Below, piece after piece: positions 41,631 to 55,100 of a DNA stretch of 64,000 nucleotides (its first letter is position 1; every line of letters begins with the position of its first letter). The stretch is from Podarcis melisellensis (lineage: Eukaryota): the NCBI GenBank assembly GCA_964234715.1, contig OZ174276.1, one strand, 5' to 3'. The notes beneath the pieces were generated by a model. That model worked only from the letters and a program-made list of their open reading frames with translations, had not been told where the DNA came from and did no database searches. Position numbers and translations under genes: made by a program.

Positions 41631-44272
41631 GTAAGGCGGTCTACGTCTGCACGGGTGTTATGGGGAAAGCTAGGGTGTCCCACTAAATTCTGGATTCTGG
41701 CGCCAGAGAATGGAGAAGGTTGTGCGGAAGGTTGAGAGGCGCGGCGGTCTAGGAGGTGCCTATATGGAGAGAGTGGGATTCGTGAGGTCTAAATGAAAAG
41801 GGAGGTCGTGCGGTGTGAGGAAACGGAGAGGATCCCCCGTTTAGGCTGCTCAAGAAAAAGATCGTGAAGAATCACTAATTAATTTTATATGGTATTCTGC
41901 AGGAGTGCAGCAGTAGGGATTTATTTAAACCCAGGGTCCTTTTTGTAATCCATTGGGCAGGAAAACTTAGCAAAATTAGCAAGGTGACCTGCTATGAATA
42001 CGGCTAGGCCATTACTTAACTGAAAAGAGGAAGCCTGGAGGATTCTGTAAAGAAAACCCTTCGAGAAAGGAAGCACACTGATGGGGGACTCAAGACTATG
42101 CGTATAGCTTTGTCATTCTTCTTAATTCGTCTGAAATAACTGTTAACTACTGTATAACTATTTAGATCCTACAGCTGCACTCCCTATAAGGATGAGCTGA
42201 AAGGAGCAAGAGAGTGCCACTCTGTAAATTAGGCACGAGTGGATGGTAAGAGATAGTTGCTGAGGACAGAATACTCTAAAGGAGGAACCTGAGAAAGGGG
42301 GTGGGTTGTAGTCACGAGAAAATTGTCAGATGGAAATGGGGGTGGGAGGTGTGGCCAAATTGGGAAGATTCAGCTACAGAAGAGACTGTTTTGCATCTGG
42401 GACTGCCCACACAGTTCAGGTTTTAGTTTTGGTGCAGGGCTGAAGACTAAGAACACAAGATTTGCCCCACTTAGACCACACCAAGGTCTATCTATTCCTG
42501 ATATTAACCACCTATATACTTTTGATGGTCATTCCTGAATACCCAGTATTCTGATGCATCTGAGCATAATTTTATTGAGCTAATTTAGGTGTAGCTGACA
42601 TTGTGCTTTGCAGATGCTGTTGGGCTACAGTTCCCACCATCACTGACCATTGGTCATGCTGACTGGCACTGATGGAAGTTGGGAGTTCAGCACCTTCTAG
42701 AGGACACCATGTTTGCTGCCCCTTGATTTATTTTAAAGCTATGTAGGCTAGTGGCCACAATCATATTCAGTGTTGGTTAATTCCGTAGACAGTGTGACTG
42801 AGAACCACCTTCAGCTTTCCACTGCTGTCCCCAAGGTTGTTTGGATGGAATCTGCTAATCCATTCTGCTTTTCCACAACTGCAAATCTCCCAGAGAGCTG
42901 ATGATTCTTATTCTGTAAACACTGATGTTTTTGAGATGGGTTGAGAGCGTGGGCGGATTAGGGATTCAAGGCTGAGCGCTCTGGAAAGCTGATTCAGTGT
43001 TTGTTATTTCCCAATTAGCTATGTCCTTCATGTTTGATTTGCTACCTGACTTCCCTATCTACTTAATGTTGTTCCCTGAGCAACTCTCAGTCTGAATACT
43101 GAGCAAACTTAAGTCAAGGTAAAATTCCTGTCCCTCAGGTTCTGGGAAATGGCTTCACCGAAGGTCAAATACTTATCTTTGCACTCCTGATTCTCTTCTG
43201 TTAGTAAATTCTGTGCCTATGCACATCTCCACACTGGCAGCACAAATGGTCAGCTTCACATAGGCAAGGCACAATAAACTGAGATCAAATGCCAGGGTCA
43301 GATTGCTTACGGGGAGCAAGGTCTACTCTTGGAGTAATGAAATCCAGGCAACCTGTGAGACCTATAACACCTGAAAGCGGTAAACTGTTTCTGTTTGCCA
43401 GTGCAGCACAGCAGAAACATTCTAACTGTTAATCTGAATGTCCTCACTTTGTGGTATCTACCCTTGCTTTGAGCAGTATCTTTTGGCCCTCCAACCAGAG
43501 CTTCGCATTTTACATGGAAGAGAGTTGTGTTAGTGCAAAGATTAGTGCTAGTGCAATGGAGTTTCCCCAGATCTGCTCTGGAGAGTGGGAGAAACTGGGG
43601 CAGATTTATGGAGCATGCAAGGCGAATGGAGCATTCCACCACACAGGGAAAAATCTTAGCTCTGACAGAACATTATACTTAGCTCTACACTGGGTACAAC
43701 CCTAAACATTTTAGGCATCAGGGTTGTCTCATCTCAAGCTTTCAATAGATAATATATATTTATTCTGCCTTTAATTTTCATGAATAACCTTTGATTTCTG
43801 CTGTGTTACTTTTAAGTGCTTCTATTGTGTTTTTTGCGAAGTGTTTCTCTTTTTTTATTGTATATTTTATTGTTAGCTGCCTTCAAGCCTTGTGCTAAAA
43901 TGTGAGTTAGATTTTTTTTTAATAAATAAAATCAGTGCTGGAACATTGTAGACCTCATTATCTGCTGTTCTGAAATCTTCTGAATTGTGCTTCTCTACAA
44001 GCAGCAAGGAATTCTGGATCCCAGCTATTGTAAGCAAAGGGTTTATATTTCAGTAGAAAAATTACTGTACCACTGATACTGTATGCAAAATGTTTAGTTA
44101 CCAATAGTATTAGCCAGTAGCGCTTCCCTATCTTGTAGCTAGCAGGAATTGTTTCTGCCTCCTTCACAGTTATACTGAGTTATACTACCTGTTTAGATGA
44201 CTGTGGCTTTCCTTGGCAGATTTTGAGATGTTTCCTTGTGTATATATTGTCTCTCCTGGCTCAGAAATGCGC

Positions 44273-44311
<39 letters not shown>

Positions 44312-47300
44312 CTCCCCTTTTAGTCCTGCCCAGTGACAAAGCCCGACATGCTCAATGTTCACCTTATCCCCCACACACATGATGATGTGGGCTGGCTGAA
44401 GACTGTGGATCAGTATTTCTTTGGAGGTGAGTTGAAACTGTGAAGTAAGCTTGTAAGCGGTCTCACAGCAAGGCCTGGCAAAAGGCTGTAAGTTTCTAGG
44501 ATCTGTACTTTAGGTTAAGCAAGAGCCCTTCTCTGAGTTTAGTGTTGAGTCTATGAAATGTGGCTCTAGGCATAGTAGACCAGTGTGGACATGTTTGGAT
44601 TACTTTCCCTCCTTGAAACGGGGGATCAGTCCACAGGGCTGGGCTGCCTCGCCTTTTGACTGACTGGACCGTGTTGGGGGAATGATGTCCTAATGGAGCA
44701 AAACCTTGTGCCTCATTTCCAACAGACAATTGCAACAATCCTTAATGTTTATATATGCCGTAAAAGGCAGTTTAGATATATTTTCACAAGGTGTGAAAAA
44801 TGCATTCAGAACTTGTTTAAAGCTCAGTAACCTTTGCAACAGTTCTCTAAGGTGCACACATATTATTCACTCCATGTTAGAAATGAGGGTTGAGGTAAAG
44901 AGATACAGTGGTACCTCAGTTTACTAACTTAATCCGTTCCGGAAGTCTGTTCTTAAAATGAAACTGTTCTTAAACTGAGGTGCGCTTTCCCTAATGAAGC
45001 CTCCCTCCGCCGGTGCCCTTCCACTTTTTGGATTCCGTTCTTAGACCGAGGTAAAGTTTGCAAACCAGGACACTACTTTCGGTTTTGTGGAGTTCGTAAA
45101 CCGAATAGTTCATCAACAGGGCTGTTCTTAAACCAAGGTACCACTGTAGTACTTTCTCTTAACCATAGTTCATAGCTGAGGTAAATTTTTAAATCGGGGG
45201 CTTCTTGGCCTACATGTCATGCACTTCATTTTGTGTTAGACCTGCTGGCTCTGAGCGGTAAATTGCTGTTCAAGTATGGAATTGTCCAGCTTCTCTTTTG
45301 AACAAGATGTCCATATGTTGTTTCCCACTGCCTCTGAGAAGAACCCACTGGGAGATAAGGCTTAGTGCTTTCTACGTCAACATCCTGTTCTGAAAGCTGC
45401 AGGTTGGTGGGTGGATTTTGCATGTTTCCTTTCAAGGCCAGAACAGTGCCACAATTGCAGATATTAGTTGTGACAGCTGTTTGACTGAGGAATGACAGGA
45501 TATTTGTATGGTGCCACATAATGTGAAGATCTCTGCAGGGACGTACGGTACATAAATAAAATAAACAAACACAACCATTAAATGGGGGGTTACATAAATG
45601 TGACAAAAAATAACATACCACAAACATAAAATTAAAACGAACAAAACAGAGGCCTGGATTATCTCCTAATTTATTTAAATATGAGATTCTGCCCTTGGTT
45701 GTCTTCTTCGGGGGGGACGGGACTTTCTCCCATCTAGCCAGTGCCTGGAGACTTTTTGGTCCAGGCGTGAGCTATCCGATTCCTCCTCACCTTCTCCCCA
45801 TCCCATGTCCGTTGCCTTGCAGTCCGTAACGACATTCAGCATGCTGGGGTGCAATACATCTTGGACTCCGTCATCCCGCAGCTACTGGCTGACCCCAGCA
45901 AGCGTTTCATCTACGTGGAAGTGGTCTTCTTTGCCCGCTGGTGGGGACTGCAGACTGAAGCCATGCGCCAGGCCGTGCGGCAGCTTGTTGCGGAAGGTAA
46001 GTGTGATGGGCAGAGTGGGGCCCCTGTCTCCGTTTCCCACCTGGCTTCTCTGTGCGCATAAGGAAGACGGGGAGCTCTTTGCCTCTGAGGGTGGGGGAGC
46101 TTTCCTGAGGGAGAGTGGCAAGCAGGGAGCCAACTAGTTACCGTTTTATTTGTTCCATTTGTGAAACGCCTCAGAGAGGTTAACAAGAAAAAAAATACAT
46201 AAATGTATGGGTTGCCAAGGCAGCAGAGCAGCTCAAAAGTCTTGCTGCAACTGAGGAAATGAAGTGAGTGGCACTGCTTTCACTTGGCATAACCCAGAGA
46301 GCGCGCTCTCTCTGCCCCACATCTGTGCAAAAGCATGCAGATACGGCTTCTCCTGCTTTGCTGTTCCTCTCACTCCCTCTCCCATCTGCTGTGGGGCGAA
46401 AGCAGTGCCCTGCTTTCTCCAGTAGGCCGAGGTGGGAGGGAGCAGGGTAGCAAAAGCCACGAGAGGGGAGCCTCCTTTGCTTATTGGGGGCAATAAAGAG
46501 GCAAGAGGATATTCTGGGCAGTGACTGGGCAACCTGGCCTGTTGGACTACAATTCCCATCATGCCTGGCCATTGACTAAGCTGCCTGGAGTGATGGGAGT
46601 TGTAGTCTGGGACCCAGGTTGTAAGAACACTACCCAGAGGCTGTTTGTGGCAGAGGCTGCCAGTTGCTTTTTCACACCTGCTGGGGCTGGCTGTCACATC
46701 TCTGCTTACCTCCCTAAACACCTCTTGCTCTTCTTCAGAGCAACAGTGGAAGGCAGCACAAGTCTTGTCCTGATGGCCTCTCTCTTTTCCCCCCCTCCCC
46801 TCCTTGGTAGGGCGCCTGGAATTTGTGAATGGCGGGTGGTGCATGAACGATGAAGCAGCCGTACACTACAACCCAGTCATCGATCAGATGAGCCTCGGCC
46901 TCCATTTCCTGAAAGAAACATTTGGCGAATGCGGCCGGCCCCGTGTGGCCTGGCACATTGATCCTTTTGGGCACAGTCGGGAGCAGGCCTCACTGTTTGC
47001 GCAGGTCAGCCTCTGTTCCCAGGATATTCCTATTGCACACAACAGCTACAGGACTGTACTCTGTGTCTCCTCTTCCCGTCGCTGAGGGCTCACCCACTCT
47101 CTCTTCTCCTTCCCTCAAGATGGGCTATGATGGTTTCTTTGTGGGCCGCATTGACTACCAGGACAAGGCCCAGCGCGAGGCCTTGCGGGAGATGGAGCAG
47201 CTGTGGCGTGGAAGCGGCAGCCTGCCTCCCCCTGCTGCTGATCTCTTCACTGGTGAGCAAGGCTGACTTGTCAGACATCTCTTATTCTGATCTGGTGGTC

Positions 47301-47936
47301 CCCAATGTGGTGCTCATGGGCACCATAGCACCCTAAGACACCACTCTTGGTGCCTGCCAAGCTCCCCTGCCCCTCCCAGGTTTTTTATAACTGGGGCAGG
47401 GTTGGTTTGGTGGAAGATTTGTTTGGGTGAGTATAGCCTGGCTGTTTTGGGGGAGTGTAACCTGGTTTTGGGGGGTTTTTTGGCTTTGTATTTTTTTGGG
47501 GGTGTGTACAGGTACTTTAAAAGCTGGGGTGAGGAGGTATTAGTATGAATACCCTCTGTGAATTGGGTATTTTGTGGGGCTGACAGCAGTTTCATAGATT
47601 TCCAAAATATGCCATGAGCCCCAGAAGAGTTGGGGGTCCCTGCCCTGGCCAACCCACCAACAAAGCAGCTTAGTGCCTCCTGGGCAGCAAAGTTGTTTCC
47701 CCAAGCAATGCAAATGTAAGACTAATCAAATAACCATAGAGAACAGAGTCTTCTTGAGGATCCTCTAATCCAGCCTCTCTCAGTAATTTCGGTCTTGACT
47801 ATGTCTCAACAATTGGTGCCATGTCTCTCTGTTTCTGTATTAACTGTCTCTTTTCACACTTAGATATTCCCAATTCCAGTTCCTCAGTAAAGTGCATTTA
47901 TCCCAGTACCTCTTGGTAATGCTCCCCTTGTTCTAT

Positions 47937-47985
<49 letters not shown>

Positions 47986-49069
47986 GTTTTTCCCCATGAT
48001 GGCTCTCGGCTTCCTCTTTTGTTGAATGTGGCCTTGTAGCATTCACCCTCCCTTTCTCATTTACCAAGAACATTCTGGTCAGAAAGCTCCCATTTCTCCC
48101 AACTCTCTCTTGGCAGGTGTCCTGCCAAACGGCTACAACCCTCCCATGTCTCTTTGCTGGGATCAGATCTGCTCGGACAACCCCATTGTCGACGACGACA
48201 GCGATGAGAACAACGTGGAGAGTATCGTGGCATATTTCCTGGGGACGGCGGCAGCTCAGGTTAGAGCAAAGGGGACCAAGGGTTTGCAGTTCTGTCCTCA
48301 GTCAGGGTAGGGAGAAGGGAATTAGTTTGCTAACAGCAAAGATCTAAGACAACAGGAGGCAACCACAGGACTGACTTGACCCATTAAGCCTTCCCAAGTA
48401 GCCTGCCGGCCCCTGGCTTAATTTTATGGCAGTGCCACCATGAGGGTTGGGAGGAGGAAGGGTTGGGAAGTGCACAAAGTGAGGATGGTGTAACTATTGC
48501 ACATATAATACAGGGAAAATATGGTTCATAGGCTTTACTTACTGAACTTCACTCTAAACAACTTTTAAAAATGAAATTACATTCAGATAGTTGCATATTC
48601 CTTATTCTGGTCCTAGCCCTAAAGCTTGATCTAAAATCGAAGCTCCTTCTCTTCTCCTTTGCAGCCTGCATTAGCCTTGGACTATCTGCTGGAGACAAGA
48701 GATTCACACATCCGTTCTCTTCAGTATCTAAGAACAAAGAGGGCACCCCATCCAAGATGGATGCCTACAGATTAGCATATGCCATAGACCTGTAATACAA
48801 CCCTTTTCTTATGACTGACTGTGAGCTAAACATCTTGTGACTGAGCTACAAAGATACAGCCCCACTTAATGATTAACCTGTTAGGCAATTCTTCAGCTTC
48901 ATGGAAATTCCCAGCCATGCTTCACAGTGCAGTACAGGCATATTATCCATTTCCATTTCCATGTAACTTCCATCTCCAGCGCAGTATTGGGTGGGTGGAG
49001 AAGTTTAATCCTCCCAGTCTATCACAGTGTCATAAAGGGGATGCAGATATCCCATCCCTCAGCTGAGAC

Positions 49070-49106
<37 letters not shown>

Positions 49107-52100
49107 GTGTAAAGACAAAGACTGCGGGGGGGTGTTTTGTGTGTGTGTTTTTTAGGGCGGCTCCCATTGCCAACTCTGGTCCCACCTACTCTTTTTAGTC
49201 CACTTTTCATAGGCACTTTCGGAGCATTGGCAACAGGGCCTTATGCCCCCTAGGTCAAAAAAGCACTCCTCACCTGACGTAAGGCAACCTGTGGGTCATT
49301 TCTGAAGATGGTGTCTCACTAGTGCACAGGATCAGACCATTGATCCATCTAGCTCAGCACTGTCTGCCCTGACAAGCGGTGGCTCTCCAGGATTTCAGAA
49401 AACCCTATCTGGATTTCTATCCCTGGCGGGGATTGAACCTGGGACCTTCTGAATGCAAAGCAGATGCTCTTCCACTGAGCCACAGCCTTTCCCCACACTG
49501 AGCAGCTGAGAGCTGGAGTAGCATAATGGCACAGAGACTGAAGTCTGTAGTTTGAATCTTGCCTCTTCCATAAGCTCACTAGGTGGCCTTAGTTCAATCC
49601 ACTCTCTCTCAGCCTCTCCATCTGCAGTGGTGGAGGAATAATAATACTTTCTCTACAGAGTTGTTTTAAGGATTGCAGCAATATAAATGCACACAGTGCT
49701 TTGAACTCTTTAAATATATATATATTTATTAAATTTCCACAAATTTCTTATAAAATTCTAATACATAACTTTTTTTTCTTTTATCCGCTTCTCATCCCAT
49801 TTTTTGTAGGTGTTTTTTTAAATTCTATTCTGTTGCTGTATCTTGTCTTCATTATTTTATATCATAACCACAATACAAAAATCTCTATTTCTGTTGCTCA
49901 TAGTTCAAATCCCGCTCATGGATTCATCCTGTTACATTTCTTTAAATAGTTTGAAAAAGGCTTCCATCCGTCCATAAAACACAGTCCTTATTAAGTTCTC
50001 TTATTTTAGCTGTTGGCTTTGCTGATTCTGCATGGTCTGTTGCTTCGCTTATCCATGGTGCTTTGAGCTCTTGGAAGCGTTACACAAATGCTGCAGCAAG
50101 GCTGTTGTGGAGTCAGGAGACAGGCCAACTCTCCACATTCTTTCCTTTAGGCAAAACACTATCGCACCAACCACATTGTCATGACAATGGGATCCGACTT
50201 CCAGTACGAGAATGCCCTCCTCTGGTACAAGAACATGGACAAGCTCATCAAGCATGTCAATGCAAAGGTATTCCCGGTTTTTATTTGTGCAGTCATATTC
50301 TGTTTTCAAAGGCATACCCAACCCTTGACCTCGGTATAGGACAGCACATTCCGTAATCCAAAGGTAAAGGTAAAAGACCCCTGGACGGTTAAGTCAAGTC
50401 AAAGGCGACTATGCGGTTGCGGCGCTCATCTTGCTTTCAGACCGAGGGAGCCGGCGTTTGTCCACAGACAGCTTTCCGGGTCATGTGGCCAGCATGACTA
50501 AACCGCTTCTGACGCAATAGAACACCGTGACAGAAACCAGAGTGCACAGAAATGCCATTTACCTTCTTGCCACAGCGGTACCTATTTATCTACTTGACTG
50601 GCGTGCTTTCGAACTGCTACGTAGGCAGGAGCTCACCCCATTGTGCGGATTCGAACTGCCAACCTTCTGATCGGCAAGCGCAAGAGTCTCAGTAGTTTAG
50701 ACCACAGCGCCACCCGCATCCCTATAATCTGAGCAGGAGGCCAGCAGAGCATATGTTTCTCAAGCCAGGCAGTTGCATCTGGCAGTAGCCCCCATGCCTC
50801 TGGTGACAAAGGTGGGTCAAGCTTTGGACCTGGTCCTTTTGCCAGGGAACCTGTGGCCTTCCAGGTGTAGTTGGCTTTCAACTCCCATCAGCTCCAGCCA
50901 GCATATGGATGGCGGGAGCTAGAAATCCCCATTCCTACCTTAGAAGGAAAGTAGCCTCTACACACAGAGAACAGGTTAAGCATAAATTACAGCGGTAGTC
51001 AAACGTCTCATTGACGCAACCTCAGCCTTGTCTAGGCTGAACTTCAGTGAAAAACAGAGAGGGAAAGCCTCTTTCCTCTTTCCGCCAGTCAGCTCTGGAA
51101 CTGAGAATGAGCCTCTTTCCTCATTCACGTGCCATATTCTGGCAATGCTCACCAGAGAGATATGACTTGAACCGCACTGAAAGAAAGCTAGAGCTGGCAT
51201 CGTGCCCTGTCTTTGCTGCATAGCCGATACATGCCCTTCCTTTCCTCAGTGAGTGCTTGCCTGTTAATTTCCCTCGCTTCTCTCTTGCAGCAATTGAACG
51301 GGAGCCGCGTCAATGTCCTCTACTCCACCCCAAGCTGCTACCTGTGGGAGCTCAATAAGGCCAACATATCATGGTGAGAGGGCTGGGTCTGGCTGGCTGG
51401 GCCGCCCGTGTTTGCAGCAGGAGCATTTCCTTAGGGGCTGGGCGCCGCCTCCTCCTCTTCCCCAAGCAGGTGCTTAATTCTACCCCTGCGAGGTGGCTGC
51501 TGAATGCTAGCAAGAGAGGGTGGGTTTCAACTGCATGAGGGCTGTCTGTTTGATAGGACACAGCATGTAGCTGCCAGAGGCACAGCCTCCCCCCTCAAAA
51601 AAGAGTGTTCTTTTCTATAGATTCTTTGTAGGCCCAAACCTCTTTAGTGCCTGTTTCCTACTGTTGAACTTGGAGGGTTCATCTGGCCGCCACACCTGCA
51701 TCCCTGCCATCTGCTTCCATCTTTTTTGCGTGTTCTGTTGGGTTAAGGCCTTCCTTCTTGTTCCCCAAGCAGCTTGGTGACTTGAAGGAGTCTCCAGGCT
51801 CACCTGGCTGAAGATCTAAAGAGAGCACAAATGCTCACAGAGAGCACAGCTTTCAACAAAAGGGAAGAGGGTCACTGTAGTCCGAAGCAGATTGCTCAGA
51901 CGGCACAAGCATTTCCGCTTCCCTGATGGAGCCATCTGCTCCCTTCTCCCTCGACATGCTGTTCTGGGGATTCTCCTAACCCCCACCCTCCTCTGAGCCA
52001 ATTTTCAGGGCTGAGGAGGGTGGGGGAGAAGCCCCATTGAGCTAGTGGAAGTTCTTGCAGGGCTGGAACTCATTACTTGAATCCCACCCATTGATTTTAT

Positions 52101-55100
52101 GTGCAATCTGAATTGCTTAATGAGCTCATTCCATGTCAGTAACCGTCATCGTGTACTTTGGGTACATAGTAAAGTGGGATTATTATTAATATTAATCATC
52201 AAAAGCATTTAGTGTTTTACTTGTCTAGGCTTGTAAAGGTTAGCTACTTCCATATTAAAAGATGGAATACAGAGGCTGATAGGCACACAGTCAGTCAGTG
52301 AATCCCTGGCAGAAAATGGATTTGGCCTTGGGATGCCTCTCTCCATGTCTTCACATCCTGGGCTGACCACTTGCCGCCTCCTGCTCGCAGGCTCCATTTG
52401 AGGTGCAGGGGAGGGTGATATGCCATACACAGGTGTAGATCTTGGCTGAAATGAAATCTGCGTTGGGCAGGACTGTGAAATATGATGACTTCTTCCCATA
52501 TGCTGACGGTCCTCACCAGTTCTGGACAGGCTACTTCACCAGCCGCCCGGCTTTGAAACGCTATGAGCGGCTCAGCAATAACTTCCTGCAGGTCAGTGCT
52601 CAATTGCGCGGGGGGGGGGGTAGAATACAAAAAAAGGAGTATTTTCCTTCCACAAGATATGGAGGGGAAAGGCAAAGAACCAGAACTCCTGGGTCCTGGT
52701 CCTGCTGCCATCAGTGACTCCTTAGGCTCAGGACATACCCGACAGGCGAGCATTTCTCATTCCTCTGATGCTGTTTCTTTACTTTTGCAGGTCTGCAACC
52801 AGCTCGAAGTGTTGGCTGGCGCGCAAGCAAATGTGGGGCCTTATGGCAATGCCAGCAGTTCTGTGCTGCGTAGGTGAAATCATGAGGGTTTCGGCGGGGT
52901 GGCTTCATCCTGATATTACAGTTAAGAGCCAGGAAACAGCAGTAGCTCCCATGGTGGCTATCAGAGGGTCTCAGTCAGGATCTGGTCTAAATTCTGAATT
53001 AACTTGGAGAACGTGATGATTATTTGTGATTACCTGGCCTTCAGCCTAAGATCCCAGGGCAGTTTACAACATTAAAGCATAATAGTACAAGTTTAAAGCA
53101 ATGTACAATGACAAAAATAAGGGGAGTCATAAAAGTATACACTCGCAGGTGTCAAAAGCCTGTGAGCAGTGGTGTCTGTATTGGAGAGCCAGTGAGTTGG
53201 GGTGGCCACTGTCTGCACATGTGAGCCAGCCTATCGGGGTCCCATCCCAGTGTCACGTGACACGCTCCTCTTTTTCTTGCAGGTCAGGCCATGGGAGTTG
53301 CCCAGCACCATGATGCAGTGACTGGCACAGCAAAGCAGCATGTGACCAATGACTACGCCAAACAGTTGTCTACCGGCTGGGATGCCTGTGAGGTGTGTGC
53401 TCTGAACCAAGAAAGCAGCCGCCTGATGTGTCTCACATTCAGATGTATGTGAGCGTAACTGAGTGAAAAGGTGGAGGGCAGCCCTGGCTCCTCAGTCCTC
53501 TGCTCTCCCTCCAAGATGTTTGCTGATGCCTTTCCTAGACCTGTATTTATTTATCTGGCTCTTGCTTGTGCGATGTTCTCTTCGCTGCCCTGGACTTCTT
53601 TTGGGTGGAAGGGTGTGTACGAATAAATAAATGCATGAAGTTGCTCTGTTTTCAGGACTTTGACCTTCCCTGGAGATCTCCTTGTTATGTTTCCGCACCT
53701 TTGCACAGGTGACGAGAGTGGTTAACCTATAGCTACCATTTTCTCTGGCCTTGCAGGTTGTGGTCAGCAATGCCCTCACCAGTATCGTTGGAAGCAAAGA
53801 GAACTTCATCTATTGCACCTACCTTAACATCAGTGTCTGCCTGCTGACTGAAGTTGCCTCTACTGTAAGGGACCATCATTTTTGTCTAGTCCCTTATCCC
53901 ACTGGACACTTGAAATCTGTAACTTCCCTCTTTACCTCCAAGCATCAAGGGTTGTGCCTTGGCATTTGGGGGGACCTTCCAACACTGTCTCAGTCGGCTG
54001 GGCTCCTCTTGGCAGTGATTTATTCCTTCCCTAACATGTTGCTCTCTGCCCTTGCAGTTCATGGTGATCGTCTATAACCCTCTGGCCCGCCCTGTGGGAT
54101 GGAACGTCCGGCTGCCGGTGAATGGAAGCCATTACTCCGTTTTAGATCCTAGTGGCCAGGCTGTTCTGAATGAGGTAGGAAGCAAACAGCCCCTGTTTCC
54201 CCTGTAGCTGGGGATGTTTGAGGGGTAGATAGAATTGAAATTGGCACTGTTTTCCTCACTGGGGCTGCCCAGTAATGAAACATTTGGTGGGGTGGCCAAC
54301 GTCAGCCAAAGCTCTTGCCAACTTCTCAATCCTCCCCCTGCTGCAAAAATGCATCAGTGCTTGTCCACTATCTTAGTGCTTCTCTACTCAATGACCATGA
54401 AACTGATGTCCCATGTTGTATGGATTATCACAACACCAAACTCCCCTGAGTTCTTCAAGAGAAGAGTATCCCTTCCAGGTGCTCTGCTGTGTAGAATGAA
54501 GAACTGTGCAAACTTCCTTTCCAGGTCATTCCCGTATCAAATTTCACCCGTGCTGTTCGGCATGATCGGGGCGATGCTGTCAATGAGTTGGTGTTCCAGG
54601 CATCTGCCCCACCGCTGGGCTACACCACTTACTCGGTCTCTAGGCTGCCCGGCAAGGAGCCAGCGCGATCCAGACTGCTGAAGAGGTTGCCCCACCAACC
54701 TGGAGCAGACCAACTTTCTTGGTCAATCCAGAATGAGGTATTCACCAATCTCACCCTGGTTTGGTCTACCTGGCCTGGTCTTGCATGCTCTTTTCCCATG
54801 AGGCACAAGCCTTTCTTAGAAAACTTGCAAAGGGCAATTTCTTTTTCTCAAGGAACATTATATTATAACTTTGAGCAACAGAGAAAGCAGAGATTCCCAC
54901 ACCTGATTCCTACCAACAGTAAGTGGTATTCAGCTAAGAGTTGGCCCATTGTAATTCATGGATGTGACTAAGTTAGGTTAATTAACTTCAGTGGGTCGGT
55001 CTATCCTGAGCAAACCTTGGTTGAATACTACCCAATATCTGGATTTTCAGTTCTCCATTCCCAAATGTCCATTTTGGTGTAAACTTTAGACTATTCTTTA

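Noticed and set aside
46233-46844. 203-aa antisense ORF, and the 198-aa ORF at 58182-58778
   Set aside because: The first is intron and MITE sequence with no recognisable domain. The second is exon 20 read through into intron 20.
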